Shown here one piece after another: positions 1-12,629 of a DNA stretch of 64,000 bases. This DNA comes from the human T2T-CHM13v2.0 reference genome, Homo sapiens. The stretch is taken from assembly GCA_009914755.4 (NCBI GenBank), contig CP068257.2:13632001-13696000 (forward strand), in the 5' to 3' direction. The position numbers were made by a program, and so were the translations under genes. The notes beneath the pieces are model-generated. The model did no database searches and was not told where the DNA came from. It saw only the letters and a program-made list of their open reading frames with translations. Each line of letters starts with the position of its first letter. Within the stretch, counting starts at the first letter, position 1.

Positions 1-2410
1 CAATGAAGGAAGGGCACTGAGGCTCACCTTTGGACTTCCTGGTTGACATCCCATGGTCAGGTCTGGATATTCAGTGTGTAAATTCATTCTAATGATATTA
101 ATTTTAAGAATGTTTTACAATTTTTTTCTAATTAAGTATTTTATGCACATATTAGGAAAAAAAATTGATTTGGTAAACCTAATAAATTTGCATCGAACCT
201 AATATTTTATGTTCATGAATTGTAAAGGAAAGCTTAGAGGGAAGATTCTCTGTGTCTTGCTTTTCAGAGAGAGACACAGGTATGGGTCAAAGGGCGCTTA
301 GAACCTTCCCATCCTTAATACATTATGGAAAATATTGACTGCTCTTCATCTTTGATATCATAAATTAGAGTATTATGTTCATAATGACTATTTTCTATTT
401 AAGGAGGTTTTTTGTGAAAAACATTATCTTTTTCTGAATAATAACTCCTTCAATGCTATCTATCTTCTCCCTCAACTGTGCCTTTGCAGCTGAATAACTG
501 ATTCACCATACTACTGAACAACTTTTTGATGACTTGAATTTATTTATTTATTTTTTAAAAGCCAATACATTCATTTGCCATTCTTGTACTTCCTGTCCTG
601 CTTAAAGCACTTTTTGCTATTTTTTTGTGATGTAAAATCAGTCCAGTTTATCTCCATTCAAGACATCTTTATTGAAAATGACTTGTCTCCAGGCTTATTT
701 TGGTTTCCCTTTCCAATCCTTATGGACAACTGGTTAGCTAATTGAGTCACTCCCAAGCCCCACTTCTGTTAATCAGTATATGTAATAAGTTGATGGAGTG
801 TAAACATTTATTTAATAAAGAGAATGTCACATCGGTTGAATGTCACTTACAGAAGTTACAAAAAGGAGCCATCCATTTATTCTTTCAACAGATATTTGTT
901 GAAGCATAAGATGCATAGCATGCTATTCTCTGTGTTATGGGATATTTTAGGATGTAAAAGACCTGGCTCACAAAAACATGCAAGCTAATGTTACTAACTT
1001 CATTTTGTCAAGCAATTTGGTATGGGAAATAACCAGTGGGAAAGCAAGTGGGGAAAGAAAAATAAGTAGAAAGACTCTGAACATATGTTCAACACAGCAG
1101 GAGACAGTGTTATAGACCTGGGATCCAACTTGTAAAAAGAAAGTGTGTAGTGGCTTGCATTTTGAAAAGAACCCCATATGGGGAAATATACTTTGTGGCA
1201 AAGACACAACAGGGAGACCTAGATGAGATCATGAGTATTTTCTCTGTGGAACCACAGAGAAGAATTTAGGGTTAGGAAGCCCATTAGCAGATGACATGCC
1301 CAGGAGCAACACTTAGCCACTGCCTGGGCATTCGTAGTGGCTTGTGTGTGTAGGAAGCTTATAAAGCTCTGAAGATTCCACTCATTTGCCTTTGCATTTA
1401 GCATCTTCTGTGCAGAAAATTAGTTATGCTGCAGCCTTAAAATGTTAGTTATCTAACATTTTAGAAAACTAGCTACCTATTAGGTTATAGTAATTGTATA
1501 AAAACATAAAATTAACCACTAGCTAGAATCATTTTTAGGATTTCTTCACTTTTAATTAAATCTAACATCAATGTTATAAAACCCAAAAGAATACAAAAAG
1601 ATTTATTTTGCTAGTAAAATGAATTTTCAAATGCTTTCAAGTCCCTTGGGGACTAAAGTTCAATAATAATTAAAGTCTTTTCATACCGCATGTGGGAAAG
1701 GGCCAAACACCATGTTGAGATTTCGTGAGTCTTCTGTACCAGCAAAGAGAGGCAGTAGAAGAAAGAAACACTTCCCTGCTCTGCATTAAGAGAACTATTA
1801 GGCTGCCATTCATAGTGCAATTTTTTGCAGTCCTACAGAAACACATTTCTAGGTCTTTAGACAGTTGAGTTCCAAAAGGGTTTTGCAAGAATCAAATCAC
1901 ATGTGAGCTGAGTCAAAAATCAGGAGGTCGCTTTGTAGGTGAAGAATGTGGCAAACATAAGATCGGAATGAAAGCAAAATTGAGAGTCGGCAGTGCAGGC
2001 TTTTGGAGGCGAAAGCCCAAAAGACAGGCCAAGAAATGCTTTCGATGTTGGACCTTGGGGATAAAATGATGATTTGTCAAATTACTAACTAGGTGAAAAA
2101 AACAAAAGGACATTCTCCAGCCAGGATCATGGGACCAGAGGTGTTGCCAGGTCAAATGACATTACCGGGTGACTTATTGCTCTTGGTTTTTTCTTGATGC
2201 ACTTCATTTAAGTTAACATTTTCATTCTCTGTGTTGTATTTTACGTATAGTGGTTTTCTCTACCTGAAGATTTTTGGAGTATTTACTCAATGACTTGTTT
2301 ATAATTTGTTTCCTCCTCTTTCAAGGTGAGTTGGCTAAGAACAAGGACGTTTTCCTAGTCACCCACTGTCTCCAAGCTTGTGAACAGTTACTGATAGCAC
2401 TCAACTGTTT

Positions 2411-2546
2411 TTTTATTTAAAAAAAAAATAAGGATGAGGTCTCAGTATGTTGCCTCAGGCTGGTCTTGAAATCCTGAGCTCAAGTGATCCTTCCTCCTCG
2501 GCCTCCCAAAGTGCTAAGATTACAGACATGAGCCACCATGCCTGGC
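2411..2546 (-). mobile_element. Partial Alu (free-left-monomer/FLAM-like, about 135 bp) with poly-T/A stretch at one end
   Basis: Antisense match to the Alu left arm ('ggctggtcttgaa...ctcaagtgatcc...gcctcccaaagtgctaagattacagacatgagccaccatgcctggc'). Flanked by a 13-bp direct repeat 'gcactcaactgtt' at 2398-2410 and 2548-2560, which looks like a target-site duplication. Confidence 0.8.
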
Positions 2547-3151
2547 GGCACTCAACTGTTAAATGAATGAATAAGTGAAATGAACATTTTTCAATAACAA
2601 CCTCAGCACACCATCACTGCTGCGTAGTGTGCACCAATGAGTGGTAATGTAAGATTTTATTGTTGGTTAAAGCTCAGATGTTTTCAGCAGACAGAGAGCT
2701 TGGAAGCAGAGCAAGCTCTGATAATAGCTCTTGCTCTTTGTGGGTGTGTACAGTGAATTTTAATTCACCTTGTTTATATAAGAAGGGTATAATATTAAAT
2801 ATAATTTTGGCATAGGCTTTAAAAAACAACAGCCTTAATATATTGATAAATTAGTACTTTGGGCTGTTGTCTCTTTTCTCCCAAAAGAAAATTCAATTAG
2901 AGTTAGGGTCATGTTGTCCCATAATGTTCGACAGAAGAGTGTTTGAATTCCATAGCCGATTTTTAGAAACAGTAGCTTGAGTTATTTTCTTCCCTAGTGC
3001 AGTTACCATGGAATTGATATAAAAACTTGGATATTTCTATATTACTCATTTCAGAAATGTGTTCAACTTTAAGGAATTATTTGGGTCTTAAAAAGTATTT
3101 TGCAACCAACTCATCTATACCATCAACTCCTGACTCACCTTCAAGCAATGT

Positions 3152-3168
3152 TCTCTCTCTCTCTCTCT
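3152..3168. repeat. (TC)n dinucleotide microsatellite, about 8-9 units
   Basis: Direct reading: 'tctctctctctctctctc'. Confidence 0.9.
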
Positions 3169-4099
3169 GCTTTTACCCCCTTAAATTGGAACTGATGTTT
3201 TATATCTAATCTGTTATAGACAAGATACAAATTGCATGAGGGCAAGGACATTTTCTGGTTCATTCCCTGCCTAGCCCTCAATGACATGGTGAATGCCTAA
3301 CAACAACAACAATTCTAATAAATGAAGGAGAAGTTAGTGGGCTGTTTCAAGCAGTATTTCCTGTAACAGCTGTGTTTTGGTGGGGTTCGGAGTCTAGTTA
3401 TTGACTGCATGTTTGGAAATTAGTTTTTATTAGATTTTGAAAACCAAGATCATAAACTTTTTAAAAAATTTAATGTTTTTATCATATTTGTTCAAAAGTA
3501 AACCACTGCTAAAAGGCTTATAACAGTGTTCCCCTTCCCCCTTACCTTCCAGCCCACAACTATCCTCCTCACCAATATGATCTTTCTTTGGAGATGAGAA
3601 ATGTCATCTTTCTTAGCTTTTCTGGTACTTGCCTCCTTATTTTCAAGTCCTATATAGCATTGCTTTATTTTGGTTATTAATTTTAAACATTATCCAACCC
3701 TATCACAGTGTGGTGAAAAATCCATAGTCAGTATTATAATTATTATGACTAATGTAAATGCTATTCAAAGTGAACCCAGGTGGCACACTATATTTATAGT
3801 ATATTATTATAGTATCTTTTCCTGGGTTAAGAACTGAAACTTTTTCTTCTAGTTTTCTTGGTTTGCTTTGAAATTATGGTTAAGTCATCATACACCTTCC
3901 AACAGCTGTATAAAATCTTGTTTCATTCAAATTCCGATACAGTGAAATCTACCTGGTAATCTCTCCATTTCTTCTTCATCTGTCTTTCCCCTGGAAGCAT
4001 CCTTCCGGTGGTGGGGGCAGGGGGTGCTTTTGTCCAATCTGAAATGGCTCTCCTCTGTTTGAAAGCTTCTTCTCAACTATAATCTTGGACCCTCTGTAC

Positions 4100-5900
4100 C
4101 TCCTGGTCATTTCTTTTGTCTCTCTCGATTTGGATTACCTGCTTTCTGATCTTTAGTCTTGCTCCTTCTTGGTTTATTCCATTATGGGTAGAGCATCCAC
4201 TAGTTCTTGGAGAAATAGAGATCAAAGGTAATTTTTTTAAGACAACATTTCATAAAATATCCTTATTTCATTTTCATGTAAGGCTGATTGTGTCATTGGA
4301 CGTGAACTACTAGAATGGATATCATTTACATCAAGAATCTGAAATGGATTGTGCTACTGTTGTAGGACTTCCTCCTTAGTTCAGCTAAAAGCTGGGATCT
4401 TGTCACATGACCATGAAAGATTAGGCTGGCAGATACTTTGAAGGGTGAGAAGAGCAGGTTTCATTGGGTGAAAGGTAAAAAAGGGAAATAGGGACCCTCA
4501 GCAAAGCAAGAGTCCTGAGTGTGGGTTTCTTGCCTCACAGATTGAAACCCTAGTTATCACCCTGGGACAGGAGAAGCCAGGCTCCTCCCCACTGGAAAGG
4601 GCACAAACTTCCCATGGCTCCACAGCATTCTCCCAGCGCACTGGCCAGTCGGAGGTTTTCCGGGGAGCCCTTTATACTTGGCTGTCTCACTACCGTCCTC
4701 TAGCTTTCTATGTTGCTATTAAAAAGCAAAAGCAATTTTTAGTCCTTATCTTTTAATGTATCCCCTTTTTCTCCCTGGAAGGTTTCCTCTTTATTCCTGC
4801 TTTTTCTTTTCTTTTTTTCCATTTATAGCTTTAGGCACTTGGTAGTAAGTCTTTACCATCTGGAGACTTACATCCTTCAGAGTGAGGAATTATCTGATTT
4901 TCTCTATGGAACTCCTGTTAGTCAGATGTTGGGCCTTTTTGCTTAATATTTTCTTTACTCTTTTCCCTCCTATTGGTTATCGCTTTATGTTTTTGATCTT
5001 CCGATTCTTTTGTTAAATTTTTATTTTCTAAATATCTATTTCTTGTTTCATGAGTGTTCCTTTTTATGCATTTTCATGTTGTTCTGTGGGTTCAATACCT
5101 CTCTTACCTCTCCAGGGATACAAATTACAGTGTTTTTTTGTTTTGTTTTTTGTTTGTTTGCTCCCTGAATTCACTATAGTTCTTTTCTCATTTTAATTTT
5201 AGATGTTTTCTATGATGTTTTTGTTCTTTACTAATTAATATCAATGCGTTCAGAAGTAAATGGAAAGTTCTATGGGTGTAGGCTGCAGTTTTGCACTGCT
5301 AAACCTCCTGAGGTTCCCACAACTGGCCAGTTAGCTTCTATGTTGTGAAATCTCCAAATGCCTGTATTCCCACAGGAGTTTTCTCGGAGGCAGTACATTC
5401 TCTCTTACACACACCTGGGGGTTATTAGCTTGGCTACCAGCATTCTAGAATTTGGTGGAAAAGAAAGGCTCAGGGTCCACAGTTCAGTTAGATTAATTCC
5501 TTTTTTTTTTTCAATATGCTACTTTGCTGTCTTTGATGCCTCATGCTCGCAGGTGTAGTAAAAGTGGGGCAGTCATCTGAAGGTGCTCAGAGTGGACAGG
5601 AACCAGGAATCTGAAGCTAACTGCTCCCTAGTGGGGCAGTCATCTGAAGGTGCTCAGAGTGGGTGGGAACCAGAAATTTGAGGCTAATTGCTCCCTAGCA
5701 GTTTCTCAAGTCCTCTCCCTAATTCCTTCAAATTATTCTGCGTAATTCCAATTCCTGAGTCTTTTATAACTTTTAGGGGCCAACTATGTATATCCATCTG
5801 CAAGAGCTTATTCTCCTCCACTCTTCTAAACTATTTATTATTCTTACATTGACTTTAGTCTTCAAATTCTGTGGCCTGGGACTATAGATATCTATTAATT
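4100..5900 (-). mobile_element. Possible ancient L1 5'-region relic (antisense); family not resolved
   Basis: Pyrimidine-rich antisense-L1-like texture. It loosely resembles the ORF1/5'UTR-antisense part of the L1PA element at 56210-59060 and contains a monomer-like tandem duplication at 5564-5699. Weak, by-eye call only. Confidence 0.3.
5564..5699. repeat. Tandem duplication, 2 x about 67 bp
   Basis: 'gtggggcagtcatctgaaggtgctcagagtgg(a/g)...gaacca(g/a)aa...ctgctccctag' occurs twice back-to-back (5564-5630 and 5631-5699) at about 85% identity. Confidence 0.85.
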
Positions 5901-7823
5901 TTTAATGAATATATTCAATTTTTTTGTTTATTTGTTTTTATTCTATTTTCCTGAATTTTAGGGGGTTGGATTTTGAGAGGAGAGGAGTGGAAATATCTTG
6001 ATTCCATCAATTTAGAAATCACAGATCTCGTGATCAGATTTTGAGGGATAGATTCTCATTGTAACAACACCTGTCAGAAATTTATTTTTAAAAGAGAATT
6101 ACAATGTATTAATTAATACTTGGAAATATTATCACTAAGTAAATTAGAATATTTCTTTTGATTGCCAAAGGCAGTTTTGTTCTTCTGAAAGAATCAGCTT
6201 CAGAAGCCAAATAAAGATCTAAACATTCATGACGGGTGTTGAGTTATAGCAGAGAAAGTTAAATGTTCTTTATGGTTAATGTTGCATTACCTAGCCTGTT
6301 GCCACAACCCTCATGTAAGTAGGTGCCTGCCAAAATAAATAGAATGATTAAATTGGGCAGCCAGGAATTACCACTGGACAGTTCTGATAATCCACAGGCA
6401 ACTTTCCATTCTTCTTTCTTTATTCTTCACAAATCCTACTAATATTTGTTATAAAAATAGATTGTACAATTATTTGAGTGATAAAGAAATATTTATGAAG
6501 TGTCCACTCTGTACCATATACATGGTAATATGTATTATTTCATTATTCTTTGTCAGATATTAGTTACATTTTAAATTTATGTCTTTTTAATGAGATTCCA
6601 GGGAAGTACCTGGTTTCCTGATGAAATTTAAGGAATTCCCATTATTTGCTTTAATCATTTCCTGGGAAGGCTTTCACATGTGACCAAATACATTCATTTT
6701 ATAGCTTTTATTTTAATTGTTGATTTTTTATGACTTTGTTCATAATTCTGTGCATACATTTTTTGTTTACCCATATTATACATTGACTACATACTCAATA
6801 TTATACAAACCTTCATTGTTTATTTTTCCATAATAAACAAGGAACATGAAGTCTTTGCATTTGGAAGAGTCTTCAAAGGCAGATCAGAGTCCAAAACCTA
6901 GCACAAGCCCTCACTCCAGTTTGGTGAAAAGCAAATTAAAAAAAGAAAAAAGGAAAAAAAAGAGAGTAAACAAAACACATATGCAGAAATACACCAACAA
7001 AAATACACGTCGTCCATCACTGCACATTCTTCTCTTTCCTGGAAAGAATGGCAGCGACTATGAAGAGTTTTTCAGAGGCTAGATGCTCCCGTGAAATTTG
7101 CACCTGGTCCTGAGGTGAGCCAGATTGGCAGGAAGAGAAGGCAGAGCTGACTCCATACTGTTATTCCTTAGCCAATCACCAGAGTGACAAACCTTGAGTG
7201 AGCTTGAACCACAGATGCCCACTAGATGTTCATCCCTGTGTTAAAAAAAGATTTGGTGAAAATAGTGGCTGGTCCTGAGCCCAGCAAGGATGGAGATGAA
7301 GAATGATAAGTTATTCATTTCTAAAAATTTTATAAATATAGGACTTGCTTAACACTGACTGCTGACCTTGAATTCCCTTCTTCTGAGTATGTCTGCAATT
7401 CTAAAAGCAGCCCCAGAAGGCTGGAAAACGACTCACAAAGTGGCTATTAATAAACAGTGGTACATATAAAAGTGACAGAAGTCCAAAGTGTGTAGACAGG
7501 TGTTTTACTTCAATAGAGTAATGAAATGCTGAAGCAATGCAGGTGTTCAGCAGCCACAGCTTTGTCTGAACACTGCAGGGTATGTGTGTGTATGTGCCTG
7601 TGAGTACACACACACCCGTGTATGCATGCAACTTAAGCACACACACTTTGGGGAAGCACTTACTATGTGCACTCTGCAGTAACAAATCATGATTTGCTTC
7701 CAATCATTGCTATATTGATTTAAGAGAGAATGTGCTCTTAATAAGCATTATCCACCGCAGAATGCACATAGTAAGTGCTTTCCATTCCAATGTTCCTTGG
7801 TTTCAGCAATGTCAATGACTGTA

Positions 7824-8181
7824 CTGTATTAGTCTGTTCTCACACTGCTAATAAAGACATACCAAAGAGTGGGTAATTTGTAAAGGAAAGAGGTTTAATT
7901 GATTCACAGTTCCATATGGTTGGGGAGGCCTCACAATCATGGTGGAAGGCGAATGAAAAGCAAAGTCATGTCTTACATGGTAGCAGGCAAGAGAAAGCTT
8001 GTGCAGAGGAGCTCTCCTTTATAAAACCATCAGATATCATGAGACTTATTTACTACCACAAGAAGAGTATGGAAGAAACTGCCCCCATGATTCAATTATC
8101 TCTACCTGGCCCCACCCTTGACATGTGGGGATTATTAAGTTCAAGGTGAGATTTGGGTGGGGACACAGCAAAACTGTATCA
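7824..8181 (-). mobile_element. MaLR solo LTR (THE1/MST-like), antisense
   Basis: Reverse complement starts 'tgatacagttttgctgtgtccccacccaaatctcac' and ends '...ggtatgtctttattagcagtgtgagaacagactaatacag', the canonical THE1/MST LTR termini. Internal motif 'cctcacaatcatggtggaaggcgaa' is also present. Confidence 0.8.
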
Positions 8182-8198
8182 CTTAACAAGAAACTTAA

Positions 8199-8578
<380 letters not shown>

Positions 8579-10224
8579 ACCAGTATGATTTTAATGAGAT
8601 TAAGGCTGGTTGGTCTCATGGGAGAAGAAAACATTCAGGTCTCCTATTTAGATTGAGTGCATCTCAAAATACAGGAAAAATAATACAAACTCAGTCTATT
8701 TCCTAAGTCAAGTTGGTCAATAACATGTTCATACATAGAAAGTGATTTTTCAATATTTAAAAACCAGTTACCTGGATTTCACATGACCAGAAGTGAATAG
8801 AATTAGAACATCAAATACTTTGACATAATGCAAACACTACTAGTCGGGATGAACTCATGAGTTCTCTTTTTTTATCCCAGCTTCATTTCTGGATTTACCA
8901 TCTTGCCTTCCATTTTATTTTTCATTTCTTTTATCTCCATCTTTATCCTCCCTTCTCCTGGCCACCACCTCCTCTCTTATTTTATGGAATAAATTGTAAT
9001 GTGAAGAGCATCTTCAAGAAATTATATCTTATGGCCTTTCTTAAGGTAATTCAAACTTGTGCTTGGCCGAAAAAGAACTGTATGCTAAATTTATGTATGT
9101 TCGCAGAGACAGAGAGAAACTATTTTTTCTCTGTCCCCTTCATGAGACATTTAAACAAGTGAGTAACAGGTGCTGCATGCCTGGAACACACTGTACTCTG
9201 AATATTCTTGTAAGGAGTTGTGCACTCTGGGGAGAGCATTTCATATCCAAGTCCTCATGAACAACACCTGTGCTTGGTCAGTCACCGGAAGGATACACCC
9301 TTGGTGATAAAAAGGGATTTTATTGGGCTATGGATAGAATTGTTTCGTTAAATACTTGGGAAGGAAGCTGATAAATTAAGTCTACCAAGTTGGATAATAA
9401 CTGCATGCCCTTTGGGATAAGCTATTTTATCTGTGCTTTGAATGGAAGAAATAATGCAAGATTGAACCACCAAACTAGTGTATTATTTTAATTTGAAAAA
9501 AAAAATTTACTTTTTCTAATAAGAAATATAAAACTTTATTGTGCCAAAGTGGCAATACTCAAGTAGGAAAAGAAAAAAAAGAGATATAAAGAAGGAACGA
9601 TTGGTTAGTTGGATTGAGAGGCTAATCTCCATGTCTTTTGCATTAACCTCAGAATTAGCAGGTATAGCTCATGGACTCAGCTTAATAAAGACGATTTATA
9701 CAGTGCTATGGATAAGAGAAGAGCTCTAGAAACAATATTTGTAAGCCATAAATTACTAATACATATGTACTTATGATGAATAATTATTTTTCAATATGAT
9801 GAGCATGATCTGCCTTTGAAGAGAAAAATAAAGTCTAGGTTTCTGAAGGAGAATTAACTCCATTAGGCCCTTAGGGTATACGTACTTTAAGTCACTTCAC
9901 TGCCTAGAGTTTTAAGTATCCTAATGGCTAGAAATTATGCATTTGTCCATACAGAGTATCCTGATAACTCCCCCAGGCAGACCTGAACTATAATTTAAGC
10001 CAATTCTTGATAACTTTTATAAGCATGGCAAGATGCTCTTCTTTTCTCCACTCCCATCCACTCCCACCTCAGTGTGTGTGAATCAATCACTATCCAGCTC
10101 CAACATCACCATACTGCTGCTTATCAATTACAAGTCAAGTTATTTTACAAAAGTGATAAGTATCCTGAATTCCATCTGTGATTTAGTGTTCTAGTTGAAA
10201 TATTTTATGTTTGCCTTCCAGATG

Positions 10225-10509
<285 letters not shown>

Positions 10510-11745
10510 TTCTGCTAGGTTTTAATTATTCTGAATGTCCATAGTATACATTTTAAGTTGTTAATCATTGGAGAAAACAAGATGGTGTGGGGGAAGTTTG
10601 TCCTAGTGACAACAGGTCAATATACAAGGCCAGAAGTTGTTGAGATCTAAAAACAGAACACTCTAGGCCTGACCCCAAGAATATTTCAGTTCATATTTTC
10701 AGTGTATTTCCAGAAGTCTAGAGGAAATTTTCACTTGCCTGTTTCCTCACATCTTACACTAACTTACACTAACTTCATCTCCCTCTCAACTTGGAGCTGT
10801 TTCCCTGTTTATGACGTTCTGTTAGGGATATTCTTATCCTTCTAGTTTTCAGGGCAAGAAATTAGGAATATGGGTATCATCTTTGTCTTCACTTCTTACT
10901 GTCATTCTCTATGTCTCAGCTTCCATTAAGGTTTGCATTCTTTCCTTTCAAAGATCATCTGGGATTTGCCCCTTCTCTGTGTGTGTGGAGTTAGCTTACC
11001 AGCTCCACTGGGCTTTCAATGTCCACCAGCTGTCCACCTCCATCCCACAGCACATACTCTCTTCCTGTGTTGGGCCTCCCCTTACTATCATTACACTTTG
11101 TGAAGTCTTGTCCTGACTCTGAAGATTGCTTTATCCTCTCCTCCTTGCCTGATATGTCCTACCGGTTTGCCAGATTGGACAATTTCCTTTTGAAATCGAT
11201 CTCTTTCCTACTCAACCTAGACATCGTGGTTCAATTACATGAATGCACTTCCATCAGCACCCTCAACTTCTCCTCTATTTCATCTTTCTTTAGCCATTAT
11301 CTACTCCCAGCCATGACAATGGTAATATCCAATCAAAAACAAATACACCCATTCTTTTTATTTGTAACCATCCTTTTTCTTTACTATTTGTCCTTGGTGC
11401 AGAACGTTAGAATTCTGTAAAGGTGCTGAATGGTACCACCACAAGTCTATCCCAAACCAACTGGTCCCTCAATACCACTAGATAATTCTTTCTCCTGTGT
11501 ATAATTTTGGCCCTTTTATATTTCCTGTGTTTACTGTTCAGATTTTTTTTTATTCTGCTCATTTTGCCTTCCTAACTCCATCTCTCTAAGCCCGACCAGT
11601 CAACTCTGCCTGATTCCTCAAACAAGGGAAGGACCACTGGGACCCTCTCTCCCTGGCATGCTGGCCTCTGCTTACGGAATCCATTCTTACCCATCTTCTC
11701 TCCTGTTTTAGAGCAAGGTATCCCTGGGGCTTCTCTCTAAGATGT

Positions 11746-12210
11746 CTGTGATGGTTAGTTTTGTGCATCAACTTGACTAGGTCAAGGGGTGCTCAAACGT
11801 TATTTCTGGGTGTGTCTGAAAGGGAATTTCCAGGTGATATTGGCATTTGAATCAGTGGCTTCAGTAAATATCACCCTTCCCAATATATGTGGGCATCATC
11901 CAATCCATTGAGGGCCTGAATAGCATAAAAGGGGAAAGAAGGGGCAATTTGTCGCTTTTTGCTTCTGGCCTGCCTGCTTGAGCTGGGACACCATGGACTG
12001 AGATTTACACCACCGGCTCCCCTGAATCTCAGGCCTTCAGACTCAGACGGAAATTAGCCACTGGCTTTCCCGGGGATTCAGCTTGCAGTTGGCAGATCAT
12101 GGGACTTCTCAGCCTTCATAATTGAGTGAGCCAATTCCTCATAACAGATCTCTTCCTATACACATCCTTTTGGTTCTGCTTCTCTGAGGAACCCTGACTG
12201 ATATAACATC
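11746..12210 (+). mobile_element. ERVL-class solo LTR (MLT2-like)
   Basis: Begins 'tgtgatggttagttttgtgcatcaacttgactaggtcaagg...gctcaaacgttatttctgggtgtgtctgaaaggg...atttgaatcagtggcttcagtaaa...catcatccaatccattgagggcctgaatag' and ends '...ggaaccctgactgatataa'. This is an ERVL/MLT2-like LTR head and tail. Confidence 0.5.
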
Positions 12211-12629
12211 CTTCCCCCATACTCTAGGACCTTGATCACCACTTAGGTCCCCTTTTTGTAAATATTCCACATTTCGTTTTTCTTCTGAAACCCTCCTCCA
12301 GAGTTATACTGATATGCCCGAGTCTTCCTCACCCTCAAAAATATGTTATTTTATCCCTACATCCTATTTAAGCAACTTATTAATTCCTCTGTCAGGGGGT
12401 GAGGGGAGGTTAAAAAAAAAGAAAAAAAGAACACACTTACTGGCTGTATATTCTCGAGTTTCAAACAGTCCTTCACTTATTACAATCTAGTGTTCTTTCT
12501 CTTCACCCTAAGAAGACTGTTCTCCCTTTAGCCACAAATGACATTCTCATCACCAAATCTTTTGCTTTTGGTCACATTGCTTAATTTCCCTACAGTATTT
12601 GATGCTTGATATTATTTCTTGTAGGAATT

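Noticed and set aside
2271-2333. Near-consensus splice donor 'tttcaag|gtgagt' at 2327/2328 with a pyrimidine-rich upstream tract
   Set aside because: Only one of three frames is open across the putative 57-bp exon. There is no CpG retention or other sign of constraint, and T-rich sequence produces such motifs frequently. It is kept only as a much weaker candidate than 43316-43382.
6846-7082. 78-aa Lys-rich ORF followed by a 'ctgag|gtgagc' donor-like motif
   Set aside because: The lysine run is encoded by an A-rich low-complexity tract ('aaaaaaagaaaaaaggaaaaaaaagagag'). There is no upstream acceptor or coding-like periodicity. A single GT donor match is expected by chance many times in 64 kb.
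11019-11420. 133-aa plus-strand ORF (Ser/Leu-rich)
   Set aside because: It lies in repeat-like sequence immediately upstream of the ERVL-type LTR at 11746-12210. Composition is low complexity with no start context or domain.
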